A model generated the notes under the pieces. The model searched no databases. It was given only the letters and a program-made list of their open reading frames with translations, and was not told the DNA's origin. This document shows positions 36,600 through 46,042 of a DNA stretch of 64,000 bases, piece after piece. The translations under genes and the position numbers were made by a program. Source of the DNA: Myxococcota bacterium (GTDB taxonomy: Bacteria; Myxococcota_A; UBA9160; UBA6930); assembly GCA_965223705.1 (NCBI GenBank), contig OZ245015.1, positions 1,216,001 to 1,280,000 on the forward strand, read 5' to 3'. How positions within the stretch are numbered: position 1 is the first letter of the stretch; each line of letters starts with the position of its first letter.

Positions 36600-37598
36600 T
36601 CAGGAAATGCGATACACGCGCGAAGCGGTGTCGTGGAACAGGAGGGATTGCTCTTCGTCGGTGTACTGCGCGGCGATTCGCTTGAACGCGTTCCACAGAA
36701 CGACGTACGAGCAACCCTGCTTGTCCACGGGGAAGTTGCTTTCGAACATACAACGGGCCGGGCCGAACTGCTCGATGCACCATTCGATCTCGGGACGCCA
36801 CGCTTCGGCGAGCTCCTCGGAGCCCGGAGGGCGGTCGCGTTTGTGCCAGCCCAGCCCGTAGATCGACATCCCGATGCCACCGAGCTTGACGGACACGTTC
36901 TCGCAGCCCGCCAAATCGCGGATCGCGGGGCGCCAGGCCGCCCGCACGTCGTCCCGGCGGTTGGCGTAGGGGCCGATGCCTAGGGGGCCCCCGATGTGAT
37001 CCAGCACGATCGAGGCGTCGGGGAAAGCTCGGGCGAGATCCGTCAGGTCTTCGATCTGCGGGTGGAAGAGCCAGGCGTCGAAGCTGTGGCCGCGCTCGGT
37101 CAACACGCGAAAACCCGCGCGGAAGTCGTCCCGGGCAAGGAGATCTTTCGTGGGGTGGGTGTGTGCATTGTGGATCTTGTCGCTCGCATCCCAAGCCGAC
37201 GCGTGGCGGATACCCCGGAACCGCCCTCCCGAAGCTTTCTCGTGGGCTTCGAGAACCGCGGCGACGTCTTCGCCCAGACAGAGATCCGCCAGGCCCACGA
37301 TACCGGCGATTCGCGCGCCGTCGGAAGCGTCGCTGGCATCGGCAATCGCGGCGACGAACTCGGTCTCGCCCACAGGGCGAAAAGCTTCGGGGCCCGCTTC
37401 CCGGTACTCGGAAGCGCACTCGAGGAACACGGTCTTCTCCACCCGGTGGCCCGAGCCCGTGTCGGCGTGAAGCTCCTCGAGCAAGTAGCGCTGGTTCGGG
37501 TGATCCCACAGATGGTGGTGGGGGTCGCAGATGCGACGATCGGGATCGATCGCTTCTTCCGGGGTCGTGGCGAGCCACGCCGCCAGGTCCTTCGGCAT
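36600..37598 (-). CDS. Amidohydrolase family protein (COG3618 lactonase-like)
   Basis: DPHHHLWD, RPVGETEF, RFRGIRH, FDAWLFHPQ, LDHIGGP, VKLGG, RCMFESNFPVD. Confidence 0.88.
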   Translation of the reverse strand: MPKDLAAWLATTPEEAIDPDRRICDPHHHLWDHPNQRYLLEELHADTGSGHRVEKTVFLECASEYREAGPEAFRPVGETEFVAAIADASDASDGARIAGIVGLADLCLGEDVAAVLEAHEKASGGRFRGIRHASAWDASDKIHNAHTHPTKDLLARDDFRAGFRVLTERGHSFDAWLFHPQIEDLTDLARAFPDASIVLDHIGGPLGIGPYANRRDDVRAAWRPAIRDLAGCENVSVKLGGIGMSIYGLGWHKRDRPPGSEELAEAWRPEIEWCIEQFGPARCMFESNFPVDKQGCSYVVLWNAFKRIAAQYTDEEQSLLFHDTASRVYRIS

Positions 37599-37608
37599 GC
37601 TCTTCTCC

Positions 37609-38526
37609 TTAGAGGGCTTTCACCTTCGGATACTCACCGACGTCGAGCCCAAAGGTTTCGGCTTGGACGAGGAGGTCGAGTGCATTTCGGACATGGGCGT
37701 AGTCGATCATCATGCCGTCGTAGGTGACCGCCGCTTTGCCCGCGCGCTCCGCTTCATCCATCGCGATGAGGACGCCCTTGTTCCATTCGATCTCCTCCGC
37801 CGACGGCGAGAACACCTCGTTGGCGATCGGGATCGCCGTCGGGTGAATCGCGAGGGCGCAGCGGTACCCGATCTCCCGCGCGCGCAACAGCTGCTCGCGT
37901 ACGAGCTCGGTATCGCCGACTTCGAGGGATCCGATCGCCAGCGGGTATTCGATGCCCGCCGCCCGCGCCGCGAGCAGCACGTGCGACGCCATGTAGAGCG
38001 TCTCGAAGCTCGGCCGAGTCCAGCGGTAGCCGATAGCTTTCGTGATATCGCCCGATCGCGCCGCGGCGCCGCCGGCGATATTTCCGACCCGCGGGCACGC
38101 TGTCGCGAGATCGTACGCGTCTTGAATTCCGCGCGCGGTTTCCGGCAGCGCGATGATTTCGACCGTCCCCGGTGCGAGTCCGGCCTTCTTCTCGAACAGC
38201 TCGATCCACGCGTCGACCTTCAGAACCTCTTCGCGGTGCTCGAGTTTGGGGATCGCGATGGCTACCAGCCCCTCGGTCACGACGGCTTCGACGTCTTCCG
38301 CGGTGAGCCCTGTGTCGAGGCCGTTGACACGCACGACGGCGGGAACGCCGCGTTCCGATAGACGCTCGATCCCCGAGCGCACGACGTCGCGCGCTTTTTC
38401 TTTGTCTTCGTTCGGGACGGCGTCTTCGAGATCGAGGATCAGGGCATCCGAGCCGTACTTTGGCGCTTTGTCGATCCAATCCCCGCGGATGCCGGGCACG
38501 AACAGGATCGACCGATAGAGCTTCAT
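37609..38526 (-). CDS. CitE/HpcH-HpaI family CoA-ester lyase
   Basis: RSILFVPG, DALILDLEDAVP..K..AR, VRVN, IPKLE, ETARG, IHP, NEVFSP, GMMIDYAH. Confidence 0.9.
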   Translation of the reverse strand: MKLYRSILFVPGIRGDWIDKAPKYGSDALILDLEDAVPNEDKEKARDVVRSGIERLSERGVPAVVRVNGLDTGLTAEDVEAVVTEGLVAIAIPKLEHREEVLKVDAWIELFEKKAGLAPGTVEIIALPETARGIQDAYDLATACPRVGNIAGGAAARSGDITKAIGYRWTRPSFETLYMASHVLLAARAAGIEYPLAIGSLEVGDTELVREQLLRAREIGYRCALAIHPTAIPIANEVFSPSAEEIEWNKGVLIAMDEAERAGKAAVTYDGMMIDYAHVRNALDLLVQAETFGLDVGEYPKVKAL

Positions 38527-38532
38527 TCGCCG

Positions 38533-39648
38533 CTACGCAGCGGTCTCGAGCGGCGAGCGCAGGGGCTTTAGCTCGGGCATGGCCGGGACGTCCCAGCTTC
38601 GCAGCTCGGGAAGAACGCCCGATGCGAAGCAGCGCATGTTGCGTTCGGCTTCGTCGTAGGGCATGCCCGCGTAGCTGAAGTGACACATGATGCCGTTCAT
38701 TCCGATGACGCTGTGAATGTATTCGAGCTTCTCGAGCACTTGCTGCGGGGTTCCGAAGGGCATGAGCTTTACGAAATCGGCGGCGGCGCCCTCGGTTCCG
38801 TGTTTTTCGATATAGGAACCGACGTTCGAGTAGAACTCGTACCCCTTCGCCTTTCCGAAATGCTCGGCGGTCATTTCGTAGTGCTTCATCGCGGTGTGGT
38901 AGTACGCACCGATGTAGTGGTTCGCGAGTTCCTCGGCGCGATCGGCGCTCTCGTCGACAAAATAGAAGCCGCCGCACAGCGGGGGCGGGGCGTCGGTGCC
39001 GTTCTCTTCGCGGAAGACGTTTTGGTAGATCTCGAAATCTTTGCGCACGACGCTCCAGGGCTTCTGCGGGATGATGAGGAGCCCCGTGCCGAGGCGCGCC
39101 ATGATGGGCATGGACTCCGGCGAAACCGCCGCTGCGTAGGTTCTCCCCCGGAACGACCGCGCCGGGAAGGGCCGGATATCGCGCCGGGGCTGCTTGACGG
39201 AATCGCCGCCTTCCATGTAGCCCTGCTCGAGACCCTCGAGGACGAGCTGCGCGTACTCGACGAATCGATTCCGCCCCTCGTCCATATCGATACGGAACCC
39301 ATCGTACTCGACGCGGCCGAGCCCGCGGCCCAGGCCGAGGATCATGCGACCGTTCGAAACGTGGTCGAGGAGGGAGATCTGTTCGGCGACCCGGATCGGA
39401 TCGTGCCAGGGAAGAACGATCACCATGGAGCCGACTTGAAGCCGTGGGTAGCGCCCCGCCATGTAGGAGAGAAGCTGCACGACGTCGGGACACATCGTGT
39501 AGTCGGTGAAGTGGTGTTCGATCGACCAGATCGAATCGAAGCCCAGGGGATCCGCGAACTCGGCGAGCCTTAGCTCCTGCTGGTACACCTCGCTGTCGGG
39601 CAGTTTCGAACCGGGGTTTTGAAAGAGCGGGGCGTAACCGACGTGCAT
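38533..39648 (-). CDS. LLM-class flavin-dependent monooxygenase
   Basis: GFDSIWSIEHHFTDYTMCPD, LPWHDPIRVAEQI..LD..SNGR.ILGLGRG, AAVSPES. Confidence 0.88.
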   Translation of the reverse strand: MHVGYAPLFQNPGSKLPDSEVYQQELRLAEFADPLGFDSIWSIEHHFTDYTMCPDVVQLLSYMAGRYPRLQVGSMVIVLPWHDPIRVAEQISLLDHVSNGRMILGLGRGLGRVEYDGFRIDMDEGRNRFVEYAQLVLEGLEQGYMEGGDSVKQPRRDIRPFPARSFRGRTYAAAVSPESMPIMARLGTGLLIIPQKPWSVVRKDFEIYQNVFREENGTDAPPPLCGGFYFVDESADRAEELANHYIGAYYHTAMKHYEMTAEHFGKAKGYEFYSNVGSYIEKHGTEGAAADFVKLMPFGTPQQVLEKLEYIHSVIGMNGIMCHFSYAGMPYDEAERNMRCFASGVLPELRSWDVPAMPELKPLRSPLETAA

Positions 39649-39657
39649 GCGGACCTC

Positions 39658-41283
39658 CTAGCGTAGTACGAATCCCTCGTACCCATTCTCGACGACTGCT
39701 TCGCACTTTGCGACGTAGCCTGGCCAATCCGGGTAGGGCATGAACACCCGGGGCTTCCCGGGAATGTTGTCGCCCTGATACCAATTATCGCACGACGTGA
39801 AGAGCGTGCGTTCGGCTGTTTGGCGGACTTGCAGGAGCCAAGGTTCCTCAGCTCCGGGGTCGACGTCGATCGTGTTGAGACCCCGGGCGCGCATGTGCTC
39901 GATGCAGTCGGTGATGAAATTCACGTGCTGCTCGATCGCCGTCACCATGTTGGCCAACACCGAAGGGCTGCCGGGCCCCGTCACCGTAAACAGGTTCGGA
40001 AAGCCGGAGGAGCACAAACCGAGATACGCGATCGGGCCGTCGGACCACTTCTCTTTCAAAGCCTGACCGCCGCGCCCTCGGATATCGATGCGGTTGAGCG
40101 AGCCCGTCATCGCATCGAAGCCCGTGGCGAAGATCACGTAGTCGAGGTCGTATTCTTTTCCGCCCGCCCGCACGCCTCGTTCGGTCGCACACTCGACGCC
40201 TTCTCCCCGGACGTCGACCAGCGTGACGTTCGGGCGATTGAACGTCTTGTAGTAGTCCGTGTCGATGCAAGGCCGTTTGCAGCCGTAAAGATGGTCGGGC
40301 ATCAGGGACGCCGCCGTATCCGGGTCCTTCACGATGGACGCGATCTTCTTCCGCATGTAGCGCGCGATGTCTTCGCCGGCCTCGGGGTTGGTCGAAGAAT
40401 CGCGGAACGCGAGCCAAAAGCTGATACCGCCTTCTTCCCAGCAGCGGTCGTAGACCGCGTCGCGCTCTTCTTCGCTGACCTCGAATGTCTTCGGCCGGGA
40501 TCGATCGACCCGCATATCCATCGCCACCGGGTTCCGATAATTCTGGGCCCGAAAGCTCGCGTAGTTCTCCTTGATTCGGCTTTCGTACGCGGGATCCATG
40601 GGGGCGTTGCGCGCGGGTACGGTGAACTGCGGTGTTCGCTGAAAGACGTACAAGTGCTCGGCGGTCTCGGCGATCACGGGCGTCGCTTGGATACCCGTCG
40701 AACCCGTGCCGATGAGACCGACGCGCTTCCCGGTAAAATCGACGCCGTCGCGCGGCCAGTTGCCCGTGTGAAACGCTTCCCCCCGGAAGGAATCGAGCCC
40801 CCGAAAAGAGGGTTCGTTGCGCGAAGAGAGGCAGCCCGTCGCCATGATGCAGTAGCGAGCGACGAAGCTGTCGCCGCGATCCGTCTCGACCCGCCACGTC
40901 TCGGTCGATTCGTCGAACGCCGCCCGCGTCACGCCGGTCTCAAACTGCATGAGCCCGCGGAGGTCGAACCGATCCACCACGTGGCGCAGGTACCGCAAGA
41001 TCTCGGGTTGCGAGGCGTAGACCTCGGACCAGCTCCACTCCTGCTGGAGCTCGTCGGAAAACTGATAGGAGTACTGCATACTGGGCGCGTCGCAGCGCGC
41101 TCCGGGGTAGCGGTTCCAATACCAGGTGCCGCCGACGTCCGTCCCTCGTTCGATCACCCGCACCGTGAGCCCGAGCTCGCGCACCTTGTAGGCGGCGTAG
41201 ACTCCGCCGAAGCCGGCTCCAACCACCACGACGTCGAAATCGAAGGTTGAGCGTTCGTGTGCGGGCTCGCTTGCTCGGGTCAT
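39658..41283 (-). CDS. Type I Baeyer-Villiger monooxygenase (cyclohexanone/steroid monooxygenase family)
   Basis: GAGFGG, GGTWYWNRYPGARCD, fingerprint FRGEAFHTGNWP (FxGxxxHxxxWP), GTGSTGIQ, ATGFD, GPGSPSVL.NM; start approximate. Confidence 0.93.
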   Translation of the reverse strand: MTRASEPAHERSTFDFDVVVVGAGFGGVYAAYKVRELGLTVRVIERGTDVGGTWYWNRYPGARCDAPSMQYSYQFSDELQQEWSWSEVYASQPEILRYLRHVVDRFDLRGLMQFETGVTRAAFDESTETWRVETDRGDSFVARYCIMATGCLSSRNEPSFRGLDSFRGEAFHTGNWPRDGVDFTGKRVGLIGTGSTGIQATPVIAETAEHLYVFQRTPQFTVPARNAPMDPAYESRIKENYASFRAQNYRNPVAMDMRVDRSRPKTFEVSEEERDAVYDRCWEEGGISFWLAFRDSSTNPEAGEDIARYMRKKIASIVKDPDTAASLMPDHLYGCKRPCIDTDYYKTFNRPNVTLVDVRGEGVECATERGVRAGGKEYDLDYVIFATGFDAMTGSLNRIDIRGRGGQALKEKWSDGPIAYLGLCSSGFPNLFTVTGPGSPSVLANMVTAIEQHVNFITDCIEHMRARGLNTIDVDPGAEEPWLLQVRQTAERTLFTSCDNWYQGDNIPGKPRVFMPYPDWPGYVAKCEAVVENGYEGFVLR

Positions 41284-41443
41284 GAGTTCTCGGGTGGAAA
41301 CGGTTTGCGGGACGCCCATAATTTCGGCTGGATTTCCGGGGCTGTCAAACTCATGCCGAGAAAGGGCTTCCGTCCTTCGCTCGGCGGCTTATCCTCGGGC
41401 GACGCAGGACAGCTACCCTGGCTTGCCGATTCGAAGGAGCACG

Positions 41444-42232
41444 ATGAGTGAGCCGACCCTCCGCGTGGAGACCGTCGATCGGGTTCGCGTCTTTACGCTG
41501 AATCGCCCGGACGTGATGAACGCGTTCGATGAAGCGATGCGCGAGTCCTTGGTCGAGGAGCTCGAAGCGGCGGAAAGCGATTCCTCGGTCCGCTGCGTCA
41601 TGATCACCGGGGCCGGGCGCGCGTTCTGCGCGGGTGGCGACATCGCGAGCATGGCGAAGCTCCAGGCAGAGGAAGACACCAGCGTGTTGCGCAAACGCGT
41701 GGCGCTCGCGGCGCGCGGTGTCCGCGCGCTGCGTCGCATGGAAAAGCCTTCGGTCGCGGCGGTGAACGGCCCGGCCGGTGGCGCGGGGATCAACCTCGCG
41801 CTGGCCTGCGATTTCCGTCTCGCGAACGAGTCGGCCCTCTTTTCCGAGAGTTTCGTGCGCATCGGACTGGTTCCCGATTGGGGTGGCTTCTACTTCCTGC
41901 CGCGACTCGTCGGGCCCGCGAAGGCGCTCGAGCTGATGTCGACCGGCGAACGGGTTGGGGCGGAGGACGCCCTGCGCCTCGGCCTCGTGAACCAGCTGCT
42001 CCCGGCCGAGGGATTCTTCGACGCCGCACTCGCTTTTGCTCGTTCGCTGGCAGAGGGACCGCCCGAGGCGCTCGCCCGAATCAAAGAAGGCGTGTACCTC
42101 GGCGCGGCGTCGGATCTCGACACTGCGCTTGAGTTCGAAGCCACCGCCCAGCTCGAACTCTTCCTCGGGGACGACGCGCGCGAGGGCATGCAGGCATTTC
42201 TCGAGAAACGGAAAGCGAATTTCAGTGGCTAA
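41444..42232 (+). CDS. Enoyl-CoA hydratase/isomerase family protein (PaaG-like)
   Basis: ATG 41444 (SD AAGGAG); LNRPDVMNA, GRAFCAGGD, AAVNGPAGGAG, IGLVPDWGG. Confidence 0.9.
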   Translation: MSEPTLRVETVDRVRVFTLNRPDVMNAFDEAMRESLVEELEAAESDSSVRCVMITGAGRAFCAGGDIASMAKLQAEEDTSVLRKRVALAARGVRALRRMEKPSVAAVNGPAGGAGINLALACDFRLANESALFSESFVRIGLVPDWGGFYFLPRLVGPAKALELMSTGERVGAEDALRLGLVNQLLPAEGFFDAALAFARSLAEGPPEALARIKEGVYLGAASDLDTALEFEATAQLELFLGDDAREGMQAFLEKRKANFSG

Positions 42233-42239
42233 TTTTCCG

Positions 42240-43001
42240 ATGCCGAACTTTGATCTCGATTTGACGGGGCGTGTCGCGCTGGTGACGGGTGCGGGCTCGG
42301 GCCTGGGGCGTCGCTTCGCAGAGGTCCTCGCGGCGAGCGGCGCGGCCGTGGTCGCGACGGGGAGGCGAACCGATCGGCTCGAAGCCGTGGCCGAGGCGAT
42401 CCGAGGGGCCGGCGGCGCGTGCGCTCCCTTGGCGCTCGACATGACCGACACCGAGAGCATCCTGTCCGTGCTCGAGCGCGCCGAAGACGCGCTGGGTACG
42501 GTGGATGTGCTGGTCAACAACGCGGGTCTGCCCGACGCGAAGCGCGCGCACAAGATGCCGATCGACTTGATCGATCGGGTCTTCGACACGAACTTGCGCG
42601 GGCCCTGGGTTCTCTCGTGTGACTTCGCGCGACGCTTGATCGCGAAAGAGCAGCCGGGACGGATCGTCAACATCGCCTCGGCGGGTGCGTTTACGTACGA
42701 CGGACACGGTGCCGCGCTCTACTCGACGACGAAAGCCGGGCTCGTTCGGATGACGCAGACCCTGGCGGTCGAGTGGGCGCGGTATCACATCAACGTCAAT
42801 TGCATCGCACCCGGCGCGTTCTCGTCCGAAATGATGGACGGCATGCTCGAACGCATGGGCGACTTCACGAAGCACTTTCCGCGGCGACGCATGGGCGATC
42901 CCGCCCAGCTCGACAGCACGCTTCTCTACTTGGTGTCTCCTTCGTCGGATTTCGTGACGGGCGCCATCATCCGCGTCGACGACGCACAAATGTCTCACTG
43001 A
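42240..43001 (+). CDS. SDR family oxidoreductase
   Basis: TGAGSGLG, NNAG, YSTTK, INVNCIAPG. Confidence 0.9.
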   Translation: MPNFDLDLTGRVALVTGAGSGLGRRFAEVLAASGAAVVATGRRTDRLEAVAEAIRGAGGACAPLALDMTDTESILSVLERAEDALGTVDVLVNNAGLPDAKRAHKMPIDLIDRVFDTNLRGPWVLSCDFARRLIAKEQPGRIVNIASAGAFTYDGHGAALYSTTKAGLVRMTQTLAVEWARYHINVNCIAPGAFSSEMMDGMLERMGDFTKHFPRRRMGDPAQLDSTLLYLVSPSSDFVTGAIIRVDDAQMSH

Positions 43002-43011
43002 GGAAAACCGC

Positions 43012-43815
43012 ATGATCTACCGCACCCTCGAGGTCGAACGCCGGGGCCAAGTCGACTGGTTGACGCTCAACCGGCCCGATGTGCTGAACGCCATCAACAC
43101 GGAAATGGTGACCGAGCTGCGCGACTACTTCGGCGGCCTTCACGAAGACCCCTCGGTCCGAATCGTCGTCATGCGCGGCGCTGGCCGCGCGTTCTGCGCC
43201 GGGCTCGACATCGAGGCGTTTGCCGGCGACGAAGGCGGCGCTGAGCAGCCGTTCGGCGCGGGCGACGGGTTCCAGGGGTATCTCTCCGAAGTGTACGTGC
43301 GCATGCGGCGTTGCCCTCAGCCCATCATCTCCTTGATTCACGGCCCGGCCTGCGGCGGGGGGTTTTCTTTCGCGTTGGCGTCCGACGTGCGCATCGCCGG
43401 CGAGAGTGCGCGCATGAACGCGGCGTTCATTCGGATCGGTCTTTCCGCCTGCGATATGGGGACGAGCTATTTCCTTCCGCGATTGGTGGGTACCTCTGTC
43501 GCGTCTGAGCTCATGCTGACCGGCCGCTTCATCAACGCCGAGCGGTCGCTCGCCACTGGCCTCGTGTCCGAGGTCGTACCCGATGCCGATCTCCCCGAAG
43601 CGGCCCAGACCTTCGTCGAAGAAATGCTCCGCACCTCGCCCATGGGGCTTCGCTTGACGAAGGAAGGGTTGAACGTCGCGGTCGATGCCGGAAGCCTCGA
43701 AGCGGCCATCGCGGTCGAGAACCGGAATCAGTTGCTGTGCGTACAGTCGCGCGACGCCAAGGAGGGCATGCGCGCGTTCCTCGAGAGGCGAGATCCGGTC
43801 TACACAGGTCGTTAG
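43012..43815 (+). CDS. Enoyl-CoA hydratase/isomerase family protein
   Basis: LNRPDVLNA, GRAFCAGLD, GPACGGG, IGLSACDMG.SY.LPRLVG. Confidence 0.9.
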   Translation: MIYRTLEVERRGQVDWLTLNRPDVLNAINTEMVTELRDYFGGLHEDPSVRIVVMRGAGRAFCAGLDIEAFAGDEGGAEQPFGAGDGFQGYLSEVYVRMRRCPQPIISLIHGPACGGGFSFALASDVRIAGESARMNAAFIRIGLSACDMGTSYFLPRLVGTSVASELMLTGRFINAERSLATGLVSEVVPDADLPEAAQTFVEEMLRTSPMGLRLTKEGLNVAVDAGSLEAAIAVENRNQLLCVQSRDAKEGMRAFLERRDPVYTGR

Positions 43816-43818
43816 CCG

Positions 43819-44931
43819 ATGAAGATTCTCGTTATCGGCGGTACGGGACCCACCGGTCCGTTTATCGTGAACGGCCTGCTCGAGCGCGGGCACGACGTGA
43901 CGATTCTGCATTCCGGAAAGCACGAGATCGACGAGCTCCCGGACGAATCCGTCGTCCCGCACATCCACGCCGACGCCTTCGATGAAGCGTCTTTTCGCGA
44001 CGCGATCCAAGGACTCGCCTTCGACGTCGTGTTTGCGATGTACGGCCGGCTCCGCAGCATCCTGCGCGTCCTCGAAGGACGGGTCGAGCGTCTGTTCACG
44101 ATCGGCGGGATCGCGGTCTACCAGGGCTTCAGCGATCCGGAGCGCGATGTCATGCCGCGCGGTGTTCGCGTTCCGGCGCGCGAGGACGCTCCGCGAGCCG
44201 GGTCGGAGGCGGCCCAGAAAATTCGGCGTATCCGGGAGACCGAAGATCTCGTCTTTGAAACCCACCCGACCGCGACCCATTTCCGCTACCCGCTGATCTA
44301 CGGCCCGCACCAGATTCTTCCGCGAGAGTGGTCGATCGTCCGTCGCGCTCTCGATCGACGACCCGTGCTCGTGTTGCCCGACGGTGGCCTGACGATCATG
44401 TCCGCCGCTTACGCGGCGAACGCGGCCCACGCCGTGTTGTTGGCTTTCGATCGGCAAGAGGCTTGTCAGGGCGAGACGTTCAACGTCGCCGACGACCGCC
44501 AGTTTGACTTGCACATGGTCGCGGAGATCGTCGCCGATGAGCTCGACCACCAGTGGGAGATCGTCAGTCTTCCGCGAGAGGTGGCGTACCCGTCGTACCC
44601 GATGCTTCAGAACCACTCATCGTCGCACCGCCTGGTCGATACCGGAAAAATCCGCGACCGATTGGGCTATCGCGACCTCGTCGATCCAGAAGTGGCGCTT
44701 CGGAGCACGATTCGCTGGGATCGCGACAACCTGTATGGGCGGAGCGAGAGGCTCGACCGCAACCTTCAAGACCCGTTCGACTACGACGCGGAGGATCGAC
44801 TGATCGCTCTCTACCGCGCGTTCGTGCGAAGCTGCGAGGAAGTTCCGTTCGCGAATCGGCCCGGTTACGGCTTCGGCTACTACGGTCCGCGCGAGAACCC
44901 CGGCGGTCGCCGCGGCAGCTATCGCGCCTAG
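43819..44931 (+). CDS. NAD-dependent epimerase/dehydratase family (atypical SDR)
   Basis: ILVIGGTGPTG, RYPLIYGP, FNVAD, DTGKIRDRLGY. Confidence 0.8.
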   Translation: MKILVIGGTGPTGPFIVNGLLERGHDVTILHSGKHEIDELPDESVVPHIHADAFDEASFRDAIQGLAFDVVFAMYGRLRSILRVLEGRVERLFTIGGIAVYQGFSDPERDVMPRGVRVPAREDAPRAGSEAAQKIRRIRETEDLVFETHPTATHFRYPLIYGPHQILPREWSIVRRALDRRPVLVLPDGGLTIMSAAYAANAAHAVLLAFDRQEACQGETFNVADDRQFDLHMVAEIVADELDHQWEIVSLPREVAYPSYPMLQNHSSSHRLVDTGKIRDRLGYRDLVDPEVALRSTIRWDRDNLYGRSERLDRNLQDPFDYDAEDRLIALYRAFVRSCEEVPFANRPGYGFGYYGPRENPGGRRGSYRA

Positions 44932-46034
44932 ATCCCCACGCGCTGGCCCAAGATATCCCGGTGATGGGCCGCACTGCCGAATAGGGTCCCGCTCGATTTC
45001 GCCCGCTTGAAATACAGGTGGATCGGGTGTTCCCACGTGAACCCCATCCCCCCGTGAATCTGGATGGTGTCCGCCGCAGCGCGGAAGTACGTCTCCGAGC
45101 AGTAGGCCTTGGCAAGCGCTGCCGACTCTTCGAGCTCATCGGAGTCCTCCGCCGCGGCGAAGCACGCGGCGTAGGCCGCGGACTTCGCGAATTCGACGGC
45201 GACGAGCATCTCGGCGCACTTGTGTTTGATCGCTTGATAGGAGCCGATCGGGCGTCCGAACTGAAGACGCGTTTTCGCGTACTCCGTCGCAAGCTCGAGA
45301 CAGTGCTCCGCGCCGCCCGCCTGCTCCGCCGTGAGAGCGGCGACGGTGCGCGATAGCACGCGCCGGAAGGCGTTCTGTTGGTCGCCCTGAGAGATCAACC
45401 GGGCGTTCACGCCGTCGAAGCGCAAGTGCGCGAGTTTTCTCGTCAGGTCGAGGGTCGGGACGAGTTCGCGCGAAAGCCCGGGGGCATTGCCGTCGACGGA
45501 AAACACACCGAGTCCGTCGTCCGTCCGGGCCACGACGAGCAGCGCGTCGGCGGAGTGCCCGTCGATCACGAACGTCTTTTCTCCGGTGAGGGAATCGCCG
45601 TCCGCCTTTAGAGCGATCCGCTCGGGATGGAAGCCGGCTTTTTCCTCGCCGTAAGCGACCGCGACCGTCGTTTCTCCCGATGCGATGCCGGCGAGCAGCT
45701 GCTTCTGCTCGGTCTTCTCGGCGCATTCCATCAGCGTGTTCGCGGCGAATACAGAAGAACTCAAGAACGGGGCGCACAGCAGCGAGCGACCCATTTCTTC
45801 CATGGCGATCAAGAGCTCGACGTACGTAAAGCCCGCACCGCCGTGTTCTTCGGGAATGATGAGACCGGCCAGGCCCAGCTCCGAGGCCAGCTGCAACCAG
45901 ACTTCGGCGTCGTACCCGCGCGTCGTCGCCATCTGCTCGCGGACCGCGGTCTCATCGGACTTCTCGGCCAAGAAAGCGCGAATGGTCTCGCGCAGTGCTT
46001 CGTGCTCTTCGGAAAAACTCATGTCGGTGGGCAT
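44928..46034 (-). CDS. Acyl-CoA dehydrogenase (small subunit of a probable heteromeric pair)
   Basis: ATG 46034; IPEEHGGAG, RLQFGRPIGSYQAIKH, QIHGGMGFTWEH, YFKRA. Confidence 0.9.
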   Translation of the reverse strand: MPTDMSFSEEHEALRETIRAFLAEKSDETAVREQMATTRGYDAEVWLQLASELGLAGLIIPEEHGGAGFTYVELLIAMEEMGRSLLCAPFLSSSVFAANTLMECAEKTEQKQLLAGIASGETTVAVAYGEEKAGFHPERIALKADGDSLTGEKTFVIDGHSADALLVVARTDDGLGVFSVDGNAPGLSRELVPTLDLTRKLAHLRFDGVNARLISQGDQQNAFRRVLSRTVAALTAEQAGGAEHCLELATEYAKTRLQFGRPIGSYQAIKHKCAEMLVAVEFAKSAAYAACFAAAEDSDELEESAALAKAYCSETYFRAAADTIQIHGGMGFTWEHPIHLYFKRAKSSGTLFGSAAHHRDILGQRVGI

Positions 46035-46042
46035 AAAGGCTC

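Noticed and set aside
27994..41250. Long antisense/alternate-frame ORFs (e.g. 27994-29544, 29611-31320, 34386-35993, 37754-39784, 39820-41250)
   Set aside because: Arg/Pro/Ala-rich or motif-free and fully overlapping well-supported genes; expected from stop-codon scarcity at high GC.
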